Source: Flavobacteriales bacterium
GTDB taxonomy: Bacteria > Bacteroidota > Bacteroidia > Palsa-965
Direction: 5' to 3'
DNA length: 64,000 nt
Assembly: GCA_040377305.1 (NCBI GenBank)
Contig: JBEIPA010000006.1
Coordinates: forward strand, 32,001-96,000
The notes below the pieces were generated by a model. It did no database searches and was not told the origin of the DNA. It saw nothing but the letters and a program-made list of their open reading frames with translations. Below, piece after piece: positions 29,543-40,005 of the stretch. The translations under genes were made by a program, and so were the position numbers. Each line of letters starts with the position of its first letter. Within the stretch, counting starts at the first letter, position 1.

Positions 29543-31255
29543 TTAAAAGAAATCAAAACTCTGGTTGGTGAGCGACGTCCGCAGAGCCACATATACGAAG
29601 GAAGTCGTGGTCGGGTTGCTGGTGCGGTCGATTTTCCGGGACTTATAGCCTACGGACAGATTCAGGTTGCTGGCGTAGCTGATCATCCAGCCTACATGAA
29701 TATCCATGGTGGTCAAAGTGGCGGGCGTGGTGAGCGCCGTGTTTACGACAGCATCTGATTTGAAGAGATTCGTGCCTCCATTGCCATACGCTGAATCTAC
29801 GTTTGCATGGGCAACAAAGTAGTTCGCTGAAAAGAAGAAGTCGCGGAACTTGTAATACACGGTCGCGTTGGTTTCATCAAAACCACCTCCAAGAGGATGG
29901 GCTAGCGCCTGGTTGTAATGCGACCACGACTGCAACGCATCTTCATGCGCGTACGTGAATCGATTAACCTGGTTGTATTCAAAACGTAGATGAAGATGCT
30001 TAACCGTGAATGCATTGAAGTAACGAACACCGAGCTGCCAACCTGTCTTCGCGTGATTGTCTTTGCCCAATTCATCAGCAACAAACTGTCCGTATAGCGT
30101 AACCGTTTTGAAAAGATCAGCACGAGCTGTGAATCCCAGCATGTAATTGTTCGTGTCTTTCAATCCGTACTTGGCCATGCTCGCAAACATCAACGGATTC
30201 CAATACCAGAAATCGAGATTCTGTTTGTTCAGCGAATCGGCGTGTTCGTAAACTGCTCCCTGGAAAACAGAGAATTCAAACTGACGAAGAAATTTGAACG
30301 CGAGGTGATGAACCACCATTGATTTTTTCTGAAACAAGGGTTCCGTTCCAACCGGTGTCGTCACATTTCCGCTGGTCAGATTCATCAGCGATGCATACAT
30401 CACGGTGTACTGAATGTTTTTGTTCGGCAATGCCCAGCCCGTGAACTTCGCATACGGATAATTGAAGCTGTTATCGGACAGCAACAACGAACGCACACCA
30501 TCGCCAATGAAATGTTTTCCGCTTCCGACCTGCACGTTGAAATATTTGCACACGCCCCAGGAAATATTTCCGGAAGCCATGGCATAATCGTAACCGTCGT
30601 TCTTGAATTTTTTCCAGCGACCCATTCCCGGAATCACTCCGAAACCCAACGCAAACGTATCCATGTACGCAGGAAGAAATGCCTGATTTTCCCAGAACGA
30701 AGTTTCAAAAGAGACCTTACCGATGTCGCCGCGCGCAGTTACACCGCGACTGTTTACATACGCCCGTCCTGTGTCACCAGTGCTGAAGTATTGCAGATTC
30801 AAGAGCGGATCGATGTACAAACGGAACAAAGGAATATCTCCGTTAGCGGGCTTTTCTATCTGCAACAAGCTGTTCTGCGTGTGATAACCGTAAATCCACT
30901 TTGCCAATCCACGCCGGCCTCTTATGTTGTGTTTGAACGGTCCATTATTGTGATAATTATAATACTGCCGCAATCCATGTCCTTGTTCAATGATCGGACG
31001 AAATGAAGTTTGACCCGGCCAGGCAATCACGTATGTGTCATTAATCTCAGCGATAGAATCATTCGGATCCGGAATCAGCGCATGCAGCAACGTATCGGTT
31101 TCGTAACGCAACAAATGCGGAACAAGATTGAAGCCTTTTGACCTCACCATCTGCGCTTCAGTTTCTGTCATCCATTGATCGTTCAACGGAAGATTTCCAT
31201 TCTGCGCGAATAGTGCAAGAGGTGCGAGAAAGAGTAAGAGTAGAAATCCTCTCAT
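29543..31255 (-). CDS. RemB/Wzi-like outer-membrane protein, paralog of 26678-28345
   Basis: GSGKHFIGDGVRSLLLSDN, RFTYAH...LAHPLGGGF; C-terminal FDFF. Confidence 0.75.
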   Translation of the reverse strand: MRGFLLLLFLAPLALFAQNGNLPLNDQWMTETEAQMVRSKGFNLVPHLLRYETDTLLHALIPDPNDSIAEINDTYVIAWPGQTSFRPIIEQGHGLRQYYNYHNNGPFKHNIRGRRGLAKWIYGYHTQNSLLQIEKPANGDIPLFRLYIDPLLNLQYFSTGDTGRAYVNSRGVTARGDIGKVSFETSFWENQAFLPAYMDTFALGFGVIPGMGRWKKFKNDGYDYAMASGNISWGVCKYFNVQVGSGKHFIGDGVRSLLLSDNSFNYPYAKFTGWALPNKNIQYTVMYASLMNLTSGNVTTPVGTEPLFQKKSMVVHHLAFKFLRQFEFSVFQGAVYEHADSLNKQNLDFWYWNPLMFASMAKYGLKDTNNYMLGFTARADLFKTVTLYGQFVADELGKDNHAKTGWQLGVRYFNAFTVKHLHLRFEYNQVNRFTYAHEDALQSWSHYNQALAHPLGGGFDETNATVYYKFRDFFFSANYFVAHANVDSAYGNGGTNLFKSDAVVNTALTTPATLTTMDIHVGWMISYASNLNLSVGYKSRKIDRTSNPTTTSFVYVALRTSLTNQSFDFF

Positions 31256-32220
31256 AGACGTTCAGCGCCGGATTTCGATAGCGTATGTTCCGCGCTCAGC
31301 GAATCTTTCACCGCTGCATAAACAGCCGTGATTCCTTCTTCCAGATTAATCTTGTGTTTCCACCCAAAGGAATGAAGTTTCGTTACATCAGTGAGTTTAC
31401 GCGGAGTGCCGTCTGGTTTTGTTGGATCGAATTTCAGTTCTCCGTTGAATCCTACGACTTTTGCAATCAACCGTGCAAGATCACCGATTGAAATTTCCAC
31501 TCCGCTTCCGATGTTGACGAATCCAGGCTCGTTGAAATTCTGCATCATGTGAACGCAGGCATCGGCCATATCATCGGCATGTAAAAATTCGCGCAGTGGT
31601 TTTCCGCTGCCCCAAACTTCCACGTGCGAATCGTTGTTCATTTTCGCATTGTGAATCTTCCGAAGCAACGCGGGCAACACGTGTGAATTCTTCAGGTCGT
31701 AATTGTCATTCGGACCATAAAGATTCGTTGGCATTACAGATATGAAATTGCAATTGTATTGAGCGCGATACGCATCACACATTTTAATGCCGGTGATTTT
31801 CGCAATGGCGTAAGGCTCATTCGTAGGTTCGAGCAGTCCGGTGAGCAACGCGTTTTCATTCAAAGGCTGCGGCGCCATCTTCGGATAAATGCAGGTGGAG
31901 CCGAGGAACAATAATTTCTTCACGCCATTTGCATACGCGGAGTGAATGACGTTCGACTGAATCATCAGATTGTCGTAGAGAAATTCACCACGCAATGTGT
32001 TGTTGGCTTGAATACCTCCAACTTTTGCTGCAGCGAGAAAAACATATTCCGGTTTTTCTTTCGCAAAGAAGTCAGAAACCTGCTGTTGATTGCGTAGATC
32101 AACTTCAGAAGAAGTCTTGAAAACAAAATTCGAGAAGCCTTTCGCTACCAGATTGCGGTGAATGGCAGAACCCACCATTCCTCTATGTCCCGCAATGTAA
32201 ATCTTCGAATCCTTATTCAT
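31252..32220 (-). CDS. fcl: GDP-L-fucose synthase
   Basis: IAGHRGMVGSAI, AAAKVGGI, YAIAK, MPTNLYGPNDN, KPDGTPRK. Confidence 0.95.
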   Translation of the reverse strand: MNKDSKIYIAGHRGMVGSAIHRNLVAKGFSNFVFKTSSEVDLRNQQQVSDFFAKEKPEYVFLAAAKVGGIQANNTLRGEFLYDNLMIQSNVIHSAYANGVKKLLFLGSTCIYPKMAPQPLNENALLTGLLEPTNEPYAIAKITGIKMCDAYRAQYNCNFISVMPTNLYGPNDNYDLKNSHVLPALLRKIHNAKMNNDSHVEVWGSGKPLREFLHADDMADACVHMMQNFNEPGFVNIGSGVEISIGDLARLIAKVVGFNGELKFDPTKPDGTPRKLTDVTKLHSFGWKHKINLEEGITAVYAAVKDSLSAEHTLSKSGAERL

Positions 32221-32291
32221 TGATAAATGACTTGATCATTGAAAATTGAGCGTTGAACATTGAACATTCACTAACAGAGGTGCGTATGGTG

Positions 32292-33380
32292 CTACTCCTG
32301 CGACTGATTCACTTGATGTCCGCCTTCAATTAAATATTTGTCCTTGCTGAACGTTTTCAGATCGGCAGCAACCATTTCGCGACACAATTGCTCAACTGTA
32401 ATTTTTGGTTTCCACCCGAAAGCCTTTTCTGCTTTCGACGCATCGCCCACGAGCAAGTCAACCTCAGCAGGACGGTAGTATTTTTCATCAATCTGCACCA
32501 GCGTCTTTCCGGTGAGCGTATCAATTCCGCGTTCTTCTGCGCCTTTGCCTTCCCAACGCAGCTGAATACTTGCTTCACTGAATGCCAGTTCAACAAAACG
32601 CCGCACAGAAATTTTCTTTCCTGTTGCGAGTACGTAATCGTCTGGCTTGTCCTGTTGCATCATCAGCCACATTCCTTCCACGTAATCTTTCGCGTGACCC
32701 CAATCGCGTTCAGCGTCGAGATTACCGAGATAAAGTTTTTCCTGCAAACCAAGTTTAATCTTCGCTGCGGAACGTGTGATTTTACGTGTAACAAAAGTTT
32801 CTCCGCGAACAGGGCTCTCGTGGTTAAAGAGAATTCCGTTGCACGTGTACATATCGTATGCTTCGCGATAATTTTTCGTAATCCAATACGCGTAAAGCTT
32901 CGCAACTCCGTAAGGGCTGCGTGGATAAAACGGTGTAGTTTCTTTCTGCGGAATTTCCTGTACCAGGCCGTACAACTCAGAAGTTGACGCCTGATAGAAG
33001 CGTGTTTTATTCTCAAGCTTCAGAATTCGGATTGCTTCCAGTAAACGCAAAGTTCCGAGTGCATCCGCATTCGCTGTATACTCGGGAGTTTCAAAAGAAA
33101 CCTTTACATGCGACTGGGCAGCGAGGTTATAGATTTCGTCAGGCTGAACTTCCTGAACAATCCGAATGAGGTTTGTAGAATCTGTGAGGTCACCGTAGTG
33201 CAGGTGAAATCTGCTCCCAGTCTCGTGCGGATCCTGATAAAGGTGATCAATACGTTGAGTGTTGAACAAAGAACTTCTTCTTTTCACTCCATGCACGATG
33301 TACCCTTTGCTGAGCAATAACTCTGCGAGATACATTCCATCCTGTCCGGTAACACCGGTAATCAATGCTGTTTTTGCCAT
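32292..33380 (-). CDS. gmd: GDP-mannose 4,6-dehydratase
   Basis: [50 protein letters not shown]. Confidence 0.97.
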   Translation of the reverse strand: MAKTALITGVTGQDGMYLAELLLSKGYIVHGVKRRSSLFNTQRIDHLYQDPHETGSRFHLHYGDLTDSTNLIRIVQEVQPDEIYNLAAQSHVKVSFETPEYTANADALGTLRLLEAIRILKLENKTRFYQASTSELYGLVQEIPQKETTPFYPRSPYGVAKLYAYWITKNYREAYDMYTCNGILFNHESPVRGETFVTRKITRSAAKIKLGLQEKLYLGNLDAERDWGHAKDYVEGMWLMMQQDKPDDYVLATGKKISVRRFVELAFSEASIQLRWEGKGAEERGIDTLTGKTLVQIDEKYYRPAEVDLLVGDASKAEKAFGWKPKITVEQLCREMVAADLKTFSKDKYLIEGGHQVNQSQE

Positions 33381-33429
33381 AATATAGTCGGTCAAAATTA
33401 CACTTAACTCCGGTAATTACGTTGGAAAA

Positions 33430-35151
33430 TCAGCGTATGATTGTGATCTGTCCGGTAATAGCAACCTCTGCGCCCTCAGTTGAGTTCAGGGTGTAGTAAT
33501 ACGATCCGGATGGCAGATAATTACCGTTAAAGTCGCGACCGTCCCAGGAAGCTGTTAAATCACTGCTTGCATAAACCGGCTGCCCCCACATGTTATAAAT
33601 TCTCCAATCCCCTTTTTTGATACAATCCGCATTTTGGATGGTGATATAATCATTCGTAGTGCTGTTGGGCGACATATAATTTGGAATGATCGGGATACAA
33701 CTCGATGAAATCGCACCTACAGTAGTAATTGAATCATTGACGTAATTGAAGCAGGTTACATCCAGTCGCACTACAAATCCATCTTTCAGTCCGTACGACG
33801 TTTCTGAATAAGGTCCGAAAGTACTATTCGGTCCATCAAAATATCCAACCGCGTAAACCTTGCAATCGTTCGTTGCTTCTACGCCATAACCGCGATCTTC
33901 TCCTGGACTACCAGCTTGCTGTACCCAACGCCATTTTCCGGCCGTGTCAATTCCAGCGACGAACGCCTGAATTCCATCAAGACCCGTGGAGAACGACAAG
34001 CTGTCGCCAAATTGCACATTTGACCCTTGCGTTTGTCCGGTTACATAAATGCAATGCTGATTGTTGGATGCGATGGATCGCCCGCATTCTCCCCCATCGT
34101 CCGATCCGGCTTTCGTGGCCCACTTCCATCCGCCGTTAATGTCCATCTTCGCTACGAAAATGTCTTTGCCACCGGGACCGCCGTTGTTATTCAGCGTATC
34201 GCCATCGAAATTACATTCAGCGCGGAATTCTCCGGTAACGTACAAATACCCGTCGGCTCCACACGTAATACCATTCGCACGATCATCGTTGTAACCACCG
34301 ACCTGATTCACCCACTGAAAATTCCCATTGGAGTCGAACTTCGTTACAAATATGTCGCGACTGTTCGAGTTCGAGTTAAGCGGAATTGGTCCGAACATTT
34401 GATTCTGCCCATAGAATCCTCCAGCGATATAAATTCCACCAGCGTTGTCAATTGCGATATCGTTATCCCGCTGCACATCCGCACCATCAAAAGTTCGCAC
34501 CCACATCCACGTTCCGGTTGATGAAAGCTTAGCGAGGAATGCAATGGAATCGGAGTAAGAAAAGGGTGTAAGGTTTCCGAACTGTGCCGTACAAGTTGGA
34601 GGGCCATAATGAGTAGAGAGAAAACCGGTAACATAAATATCTCCGTTCTGATCTGTAACCATATCGAATGCGTGGTCATCTCCTTGTCCCCCGCCTGTAA
34701 CAGCCCAAATAAGTGCACCGGTCGGGCTATACTTGATAATGAACGGACTATCTGCAGAGCCTTGCAAATTATACGGACCAACTACCATACTCGACCAAAA
34801 TGTTCCGCAGATGAGAACGTTGTCGTCTTTGTCAACGTGAACGCCAAGCGCGCGATCGTCAAGCCCGCTGTTGCAGTAATTCGCCCACAGATAATTTCCG
34901 TTAGGATCTTGTTTCGCCAGAAATGCATCTTTACTGGAACTCCCGCTTCCGGTCACAATAGATCCGAATGTTCCGGTGCCATTAAAAAATCCACACGAGT
35001 AAACAGAGCCGTCAGAACCTAAAGCAACGTCAAGTGCTTTGTCAGAACTTGTGTTCCCGCAATTGTTGGCCCAATTCCAGATAGGTCCTTGGGCTGATAA
35101 ACAAAAGGCGAGCAGGCTAAATGCAAAACTGAGGAAGTAACGGCGCGTCAT
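33430..35151 (-). CDS. T9SS type B (gliding-motility-associated C-terminal domain) cargo with SBBP-like propeller repeats
   Basis: Repeated DxxGxIYVTG and DIFVxK units; C-terminal IPNYMSPN...IYNMWG...WDG...GSYYY...GQITIIR. Confidence 0.85.
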   Translation of the reverse strand: MTRRYFLSFAFSLLAFCLSAQGPIWNWANNCGNTSSDKALDVALGSDGSVYSCGFFNGTGTFGSIVTGSGSSSKDAFLAKQDPNGNYLWANYCNSGLDDRALGVHVDKDDNVLICGTFWSSMVVGPYNLQGSADSPFIIKYSPTGALIWAVTGGGQGDDHAFDMVTDQNGDIYVTGFLSTHYGPPTCTAQFGNLTPFSYSDSIAFLAKLSSTGTWMWVRTFDGADVQRDNDIAIDNAGGIYIAGGFYGQNQMFGPIPLNSNSNSRDIFVTKFDSNGNFQWVNQVGGYNDDRANGITCGADGYLYVTGEFRAECNFDGDTLNNNGGPGGKDIFVAKMDINGGWKWATKAGSDDGGECGRSIASNNQHCIYVTGQTQGSNVQFGDSLSFSTGLDGIQAFVAGIDTAGKWRWVQQAGSPGEDRGYGVEATNDCKVYAVGYFDGPNSTFGPYSETSYGLKDGFVVRLDVTCFNYVNDSITTVGAISSSCIPIIPNYMSPNSTTNDYITIQNADCIKKGDWRIYNMWGQPVYASSDLTASWDGRDFNGNYLPSGSYYYTLNSTEGAEVAITGQITIIR

Positions 35152-35266
35152 GTTAACCGAAAGTTAACTAAAAAGTCTCAGGTCCCTAAGTGGTTAAGCA
35201 GGCGAATCCTTTTCTTCAGCCGGGAACCCCAATGTCATTAAGTTGTGATTATTCGAAATTCACGCT

Positions 35267-35403
35267 CGTGAGCTGAAGCTCACGGCGATCACGTCTATCT
35301 CATAACAAATTGGGTGCAAGAGGGAAAAATGGCGTTGCCATTTTTCCCTCTTGCACTAAAACAAGTGAAGAACAAAAGATCGCCGTTCGGCTTCAGCCAA
35401 CGG
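35267..35403. repeat. REPIN-like element: two inverted gctgaagc palindromes around a 20-bp perfect hairpin
   Basis: cgtgagctgaagctcacggcgatc / gatcgccgttcggcttcagccaacgg; inner gtgcaagagggaaaaatggc-gtt-gccatttttccctcttgcac (35314-35356). Confidence 0.8.
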
Positions 35404-35489
35404 CACTTATCTGAACTAGCGATAAGTATTGTGAACTTCATGAAATTGGTAGAATTCCGTTGTCGCGAAAAAGGAAAAGACTCCACTTT

Positions 35490-36266
35490 CTACTGGATAG
35501 TCGCGAGAAACCAAGGATTCCTCAACTGCTCGCGGTTGTAACGCAATTCCGTCTTTTCCGGCCAAACGACCACACTTCCACCTGCAGCAAGTAAAATTGC
35601 ATGCCCGGCAGCAGTATCCCATTCCATAGTTGGTGCGAATCGTGGATACGAGTGTGCTTTCCCTTCTGCCACGAGACAGAATTTCAGCGATGATCCTGAA
35701 GCAGCGAAATCAACTTCGCCATGTTTTGCTTTCATCTCATCGATGTAAGCTTCCGTTTCTGGTGAACTGTGAGAGCGGGAACCGACGATGGTGAATGCTG
35801 GCGGCAGTTCTTGCGCTGGTAATCTTTCTTCTGGCGAATTTCCAGCTACCGATTTACGAATGTATGCTCCCTCGCCCGGAATGGAATAATACAATTCGTC
35901 GCGGGCGGGAACATAAATGACTCCGAAAATAGGTTTCGAATTTTCCACGAGCGCAATGTTGACTGTGAACTCCCCATTCCGTTTGATAAACTCTTTTGTT
36001 CCGTCAAGTGGATCGACCACCCAACACCGCGTCCACGATTTGCGAACAACAAACTCAACCTGCTCATCGCTTTCCTCACTCAATACCGGAATGTTAGTTT
36101 TCTCCAGATATTTCATAATCACTTTCTGTGAAGCAATATCCGCTTTTGTCAAAGGAGAATTGTCACCTTTCATCTCAACACCAAAATCTTCAGTGCTATA
36201 GATTTTCATGATTTCATGTCCGGCTTCGATCGACGCAGCGATTGCAATTTCAACGAGATTCTTCAC
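35490..36266 (-). CDS. cysQ: 3'(2'),5'-bisphosphate nucleotidase
   Basis: SPLTKAD, LSEE, VDPLDGTKEF, GSSLKFC, EWDTAAG. Confidence 0.93.
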   Translation of the reverse strand: MKNLVEIAIAASIEAGHEIMKIYSTEDFGVEMKGDNSPLTKADIASQKVIMKYLEKTNIPVLSEESDEQVEFVVRKSWTRCWVVDPLDGTKEFIKRNGEFTVNIALVENSKPIFGVIYVPARDELYYSIPGEGAYIRKSVAGNSPEERLPAQELPPAFTIVGSRSHSSPETEAYIDEMKAKHGEVDFAASGSSLKFCLVAEGKAHSYPRFAPTMEWDTAAGHAILLAAGGSVVVWPEKTELRYNREQLRNPWFLATIQ

Positions 36267-36269
36267 AGA

Positions 36270-37151
36270 CTAATATTTTGCCCCACCAACTCCGATATTC
36301 TCAATCGGGTGCCAGGTTGTTTTAATTTCCTGCAGATCCATGATCATGTACGGATCCTGACTCGCAGCATTGTTCCAGTTCTTATTCCAATGGAAGAATC
36401 GTTTCACATTCGACACACACGCTTCCTGAGCCGATTTGATTTCTGTTTTATCGTTCGAGCAATACACAAGCGCATTCACGTCCATGTGTGAAGCCATGTG
36501 AGGCAAAAGTTCTTTCGAATTTCCCGTGAGAATATTTATTACGCCACCGGGAAGATCAGATGTGGCCAGCACTTCTCCGAATGTAATCGAACACAACGGC
36601 ATTTTCTCCGAAGCAAGAACGATGCACACATTTCCTCCTGCGATTACGGGAGCAATTACGGAAACCAATCCGATGAGCGAAGAATCCTGCGGAGCTACAA
36701 TAGCTACTACTCCTGTCGCTTCAGGAACAGAAAAGTTGAAGTGAGACGATTGCACCGGATTCACAGAACTGTAAACGGCAGAATACTTGTCACACCAGCC
36801 TGCGTAATACACCATGCGGTCAATGGCGAGCTTCACTTCTTTTTCCGCAATCGCTTTTGTAGTTCCCTGCAAAATCAATTCTTCTACGAATTGTGCAGAA
36901 CGTGTTTCCATCATCTCTGCAATGCGGTAAAGAATCTGACTTCGGTTGTAGCCATTGCGTGCGCTCCATCCGCCAAATGCTCCGCGAGCAGAAACAACGG
37001 CATTACGGAAATCCTTGCGTGATGAAAGACAAATGTTCGCAATCACATTTTTCTTCTTGTCCGTCAATGGATAATAACGCCCTGATTCGGTTCTCGGAAA
37101 TTGTCCGCCGATGTAAAGCTTATACGTCTTGAGAATTTCTATTCTGCTCAT
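36270..37151 (-). CDS. Short aldehyde dehydrogenase-like protein lacking the catalytic domain
   Basis: KLYIGGQFPRTESGR...YYAGWCDK...LPGGVINILTG...EIKTTWHP; no ELGGK and no catalytic-Cys segment. Confidence 0.85.
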   Translation of the reverse strand: MSRIEILKTYKLYIGGQFPRTESGRYYPLTDKKKNVIANICLSSRKDFRNAVVSARGAFGGWSARNGYNRSQILYRIAEMMETRSAQFVEELILQGTTKAIAEKEVKLAIDRMVYYAGWCDKYSAVYSSVNPVQSSHFNFSVPEATGVVAIVAPQDSSLIGLVSVIAPVIAGGNVCIVLASEKMPLCSITFGEVLATSDLPGGVINILTGNSKELLPHMASHMDVNALVYCSNDKTEIKSAQEACVSNVKRFFHWNKNWNNAASQDPYMIMDLQEIKTTWHPIENIGVGGAKY

Positions 37152-37166
37152 ATCGTGATTTTTTTT

Positions 37167-37321
37167 AACCACATAGGATCATAGCCCGTTGTTTTCTTGT
37201 TGGGCGAAAGAATTACATAGTTCACAGGAGAAATATCGCTTAGCGATATTCTCCTGTGAACTATGATCGCGTAGCGCCTTAGCACGCAACGCAATTAACA
37301 TTTCTATGATCCTATGTGGTT
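37167..37321. repeat. Nested 9-nt periodic inverted-repeat element
   Basis: aaccacataggatcatag / ctatgatcctatgtggtt (18-bp perfect); inner catagttcacaggagaa / ttctcctgtgaactatg (37216-37265). Confidence 0.88.
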
Positions 37322-37324
37322 TCA

Positions 37325-38806
37325 TTACATTTTTAAGTATGCTGATAATCCGTGCAAGCCGCCTTCGCGACCGAAACCGCTTTCCTTATAGCCGCCAAAT
37401 GGTGAAGTTGGATCAAACTTGTTATACGTATTTGCCCAGACAACACCAGCGCGTAGTTTATTGGTCATGTTGAAAATGCGAGAACCTTTGTCGGTCCAAA
37501 CTCCGGCTGACAATCCGTAAGGTGTATTGTTCGCCTTCTCAATAACTTCTTCTATCGTACGGAAAGTCTGAATGGCGAGAACCGGCCCGAAAATTTCCTC
37601 CTGAACAATTCGGTGCGACTGTGATGCGTTCAAAAAAAGTGTTGGGCGACAGAAATATCCCTTCGATGGAATTGCGCATGAACTCTGCCACATTTCTGCT
37701 CCGTCTTCTTTTCCAACTTTCAGGTAGTGATTGATTTTGTCGAGCTGTTCCCTGGAATTGATTGCGCCGATGTCGGTATTCTTATCCAATGGATCGCCGA
37801 CAATCAGTGTTTCCATTCTGTCTTTCAGTTTGCGGATAAGTTTTTCCGCAATACCCTCCTGCACGAACAAGCGCGAGCCTGCACAACACACGTGACCTTG
37901 ATTAAAGAAAATTCCGTTGATGATTCCTTCTACGGCCTGATCAAGTGGAGCATCATCGAAAACAATATTCGCTGCTTTTCCACCCAGTTCGAGCGTCAAT
38001 TTCTTTCCGGTTCCGGCTGTTGCTTTCTGAATGAGCTTACCAACATCGGTTGATCCGGTGAACGCAATTTTATTTACATCAGGATGATTCACCAATGCCG
38101 CGCCCGCATCGCCGAAACCATTTACGATATTCACAACACCCGGAGGCAATCCCGAATCACGGATTATTTCCGCAAGCTTCAATGCTGTAAGCGGTGTTGA
38201 TTCCGCAGGCTTTAGTACAACGGTATTTCCGCAAGCAAGTGCCGGTGCAATTTTCCATGCTGCCATGAGCAAAGGAAAATTCCACGGAATAATTTGTCCC
38301 GCTACGCCAAGCGATTCCGGTTTACGATTCGGGAATGCATAGTCGAGCTTATCCGCCCATCCGGCGTAGTAGAAAAAGTGTGCGGCGGCCAACGGCACGT
38401 CAATGTCGCGAGACTCACGGATAGACTTTCCTCCATCCATTGTTTCAATCACCGCGAGCTCACGTGCACGTTCCTGTATCATGCGTGCAATGCGGAACAA
38501 ATATTTCCCGCGCTCGGACGCAGGCATTTTCTTCCACACCTTGTTGTAAGCTCCGCGCGCAGCTTTCACCGCTTTGTCAATGTCTTTCGCGTCACCTTTC
38601 GCAACTTCCGCGAGTGCCTTTTCCGTGGAAGGACTATACGTCGTATAATACTTCCCCGACGATGGAGCAACAAATTCTCCATTGATGAAATGTCCGTACT
38701 TCTTTTCGAGGCGAATGTGGTCGGTGCTTTCCGGAGCGGCTACATATCCCCACTTGTTGAAATCCAATTTCACTTCAACACTCTTCTTTGTCTTTGTACT
38801 CATCAT
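37325..38806 (-). CDS. Aldehyde dehydrogenase
   Basis: IIPWNFP, KPAE, FTGST, LELGGK, FFNQGHVCCAGSR, EEIFGP, PFGGYKESG. Confidence 0.95.
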   Translation of the reverse strand: MMSTKTKKSVEVKLDFNKWGYVAAPESTDHIRLEKKYGHFINGEFVAPSSGKYYTTYSPSTEKALAEVAKGDAKDIDKAVKAARGAYNKVWKKMPASERGKYLFRIARMIQERARELAVIETMDGGKSIRESRDIDVPLAAAHFFYYAGWADKLDYAFPNRKPESLGVAGQIIPWNFPLLMAAWKIAPALACGNTVVLKPAESTPLTALKLAEIIRDSGLPPGVVNIVNGFGDAGAALVNHPDVNKIAFTGSTDVGKLIQKATAGTGKKLTLELGGKAANIVFDDAPLDQAVEGIINGIFFNQGHVCCAGSRLFVQEGIAEKLIRKLKDRMETLIVGDPLDKNTDIGAINSREQLDKINHYLKVGKEDGAEMWQSSCAIPSKGYFCRPTLFLNASQSHRIVQEEIFGPVLAIQTFRTIEEVIEKANNTPYGLSAGVWTDKGSRIFNMTNKLRAGVVWANTYNKFDPTSPFGGYKESGFGREGGLHGLSAYLKM

Positions 38807-39706
38807 TTAATCTTTTGAAAAATATTCCGGTCCCTGATAAATGCCGCTTGCTTCTTTCGCCAGCTGCATCAATATATCGTTCGCTAAACTACTCGCACCA
38901 AAACGGAACCACTGATTGCTCATCCATGCATTCCCAAGTGTTTCATTCACCATTACGAGATAATTCAACGCCGATTTAGCAGTAGAAATTCCTCCGGCAG
39001 GTTTCATTCCGATCATGATTCCGGTTTCGTAATAGTAATCGCGAATTGCTTCGAGCATGACTAATGTCACAGGTTGCGTGGCTGCAGGTTGAATTTTGCC
39101 GGTAGACGTTTTAATGAAGTCCGCACCTGCTCGCATGGCAATTTCACTTGCGCGACGAACATTGTCCAGCGTAGAAAGTTCTCCCGTCTCGAGAATCACT
39201 TTCAATCTGGCAGCACCACAGGCCGCTTTTACTTCAGCGATTTCGTCAAATACGTAATTGTAATTTCCAGCGAGAAATTCTCCGCGGGAAATTACCATGT
39301 CCACTTCGTCTGCACCGTTATCTACTGCGAACTTTGTGTCTTTGATTTTGATATCGCGCGTAGATTGTCCGGAAGGAAATGCAGTTGCAACGGAAGCAAC
39401 TTTCACTCCAGAATTTCCGAGTTCCTTTTTCGCGAGTCCCACGAAAGTCGGATATACGCACACTGCTGCTACAGTTGGTAAACCTTCCAGTTCATCGTGC
39501 GGATGCATGGCCTTGTAACACATCTGCCGCACTTTTCCTGCCGTGTCTTTCCCTTCCAGTGTGGTGAGGTCAATCATGTTCAAGGCAAGTTTTAATCCTT
39601 GCACTTTCGCCGCTTTTTTGATGCTCCGCGTATTCAATCGGGCAACACGTTCTTCGACGCTTACCTGGTCGATGTTGGGGGTGTTCGAAAAGTCCAATTT
39701 ACTCAT
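38807..39706 (-). CDS. deoC: Deoxyribose-phosphate aldolase
   Basis: IDLTTL, GADEVDMVI, LKVILETGEL, GADFIKTSTGK, KPAGGI, RFGASSL. Confidence 0.95.
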   Translation of the reverse strand: MSKLDFSNTPNIDQVSVEERVARLNTRSIKKAAKVQGLKLALNMIDLTTLEGKDTAGKVRQMCYKAMHPHDELEGLPTVAAVCVYPTFVGLAKKELGNSGVKVASVATAFPSGQSTRDIKIKDTKFAVDNGADEVDMVISRGEFLAGNYNYVFDEIAEVKAACGAARLKVILETGELSTLDNVRRASEIAMRAGADFIKTSTGKIQPAATQPVTLVMLEAIRDYYYETGIMIGMKPAGGISTAKSALNYLVMVNETLGNAWMSNQWFRFGASSLANDILMQLAKEASGIYQGPEYFSKD

Positions 39707-39711
39707 CAAAA

Positions 39712-39719
39712 CAAATGTA
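39712..39719 (-). promoter_or_regulatory. -7 promoter box for the deoC operon
   Basis: Minus-strand TACATTTG, 5 nt from the ATG. Confidence 0.65.
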
Positions 39720-39727
39720 CGGTTTCA

Positions 39728-39834
39728 AGGGATTGGGGTATTGGGGGATTAGGGGATTTAGGCGTATGAACGCATCGCCTACTCCTTGTAGCCCAAATTC
39801 CCCAACTCCTTAATCCCCTAATCCCCTAATCCCT
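39728..39834. repeat. 8-nt periodic inverted-repeat element between divergent promoters
   Basis: agggattggggtattgggggattagggga ... taatcccctaatcccctaatccct. Confidence 0.85.
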
Positions 39835-39842
39835 ATTTTTAT

Positions 39843-39850
39843 TACATTTG
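39843..39850 (+). promoter_or_regulatory. -7 promoter box for leader-cysCDN
   Basis: TACATTTG, 11 nt upstream of the leader ATG. Confidence 0.7.
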
Positions 39851-39861
39851 TGCCCACAGCA

Positions 39862-39933
39862 ATGAAAAACAATTCCGCTATCTATAAATCACTTCTCAAG
39901 ACCATGTCTTGCTGTATGTGTATTTCCCGGTAA
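39862..39933 (+). CDS. Putative Cys/Met-rich leader peptide MKNNSAIYKSLLKTMSCCMCISR
   Basis: 23-codon uORF with ATG TCT TGC TGT ATG TGT, between a promoter box and a terminator-like hairpin upstream of cysC. Confidence 0.75.
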   Translation: MKNNSAIYKSLLKTMSCCMCISR

Positions 39934-39967
39934 GAAAGACTGAATTGCTGTTTAATTTTTTCAGAGG

Positions 39968-40005
39968 AGGTCTTTCAGGTAACAGAGAAAGGCCTTTTGT
40001 ATTTT
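39968..40005 (+). terminator. Attenuator-type terminator hairpin upstream of cysC
   Basis: aggtctttc (39968-39976) pairs with gaaaggcct (39987-39995), followed by tttgtatttt; gaaagac (39934-39940) competes for the 5-prime arm. Confidence 0.65.

Noticed and set aside
35295-35622. Small ORFs downstream of cysQ
   Set aside because: They overlap the REPIN-like element and cysQ, with no protein features.
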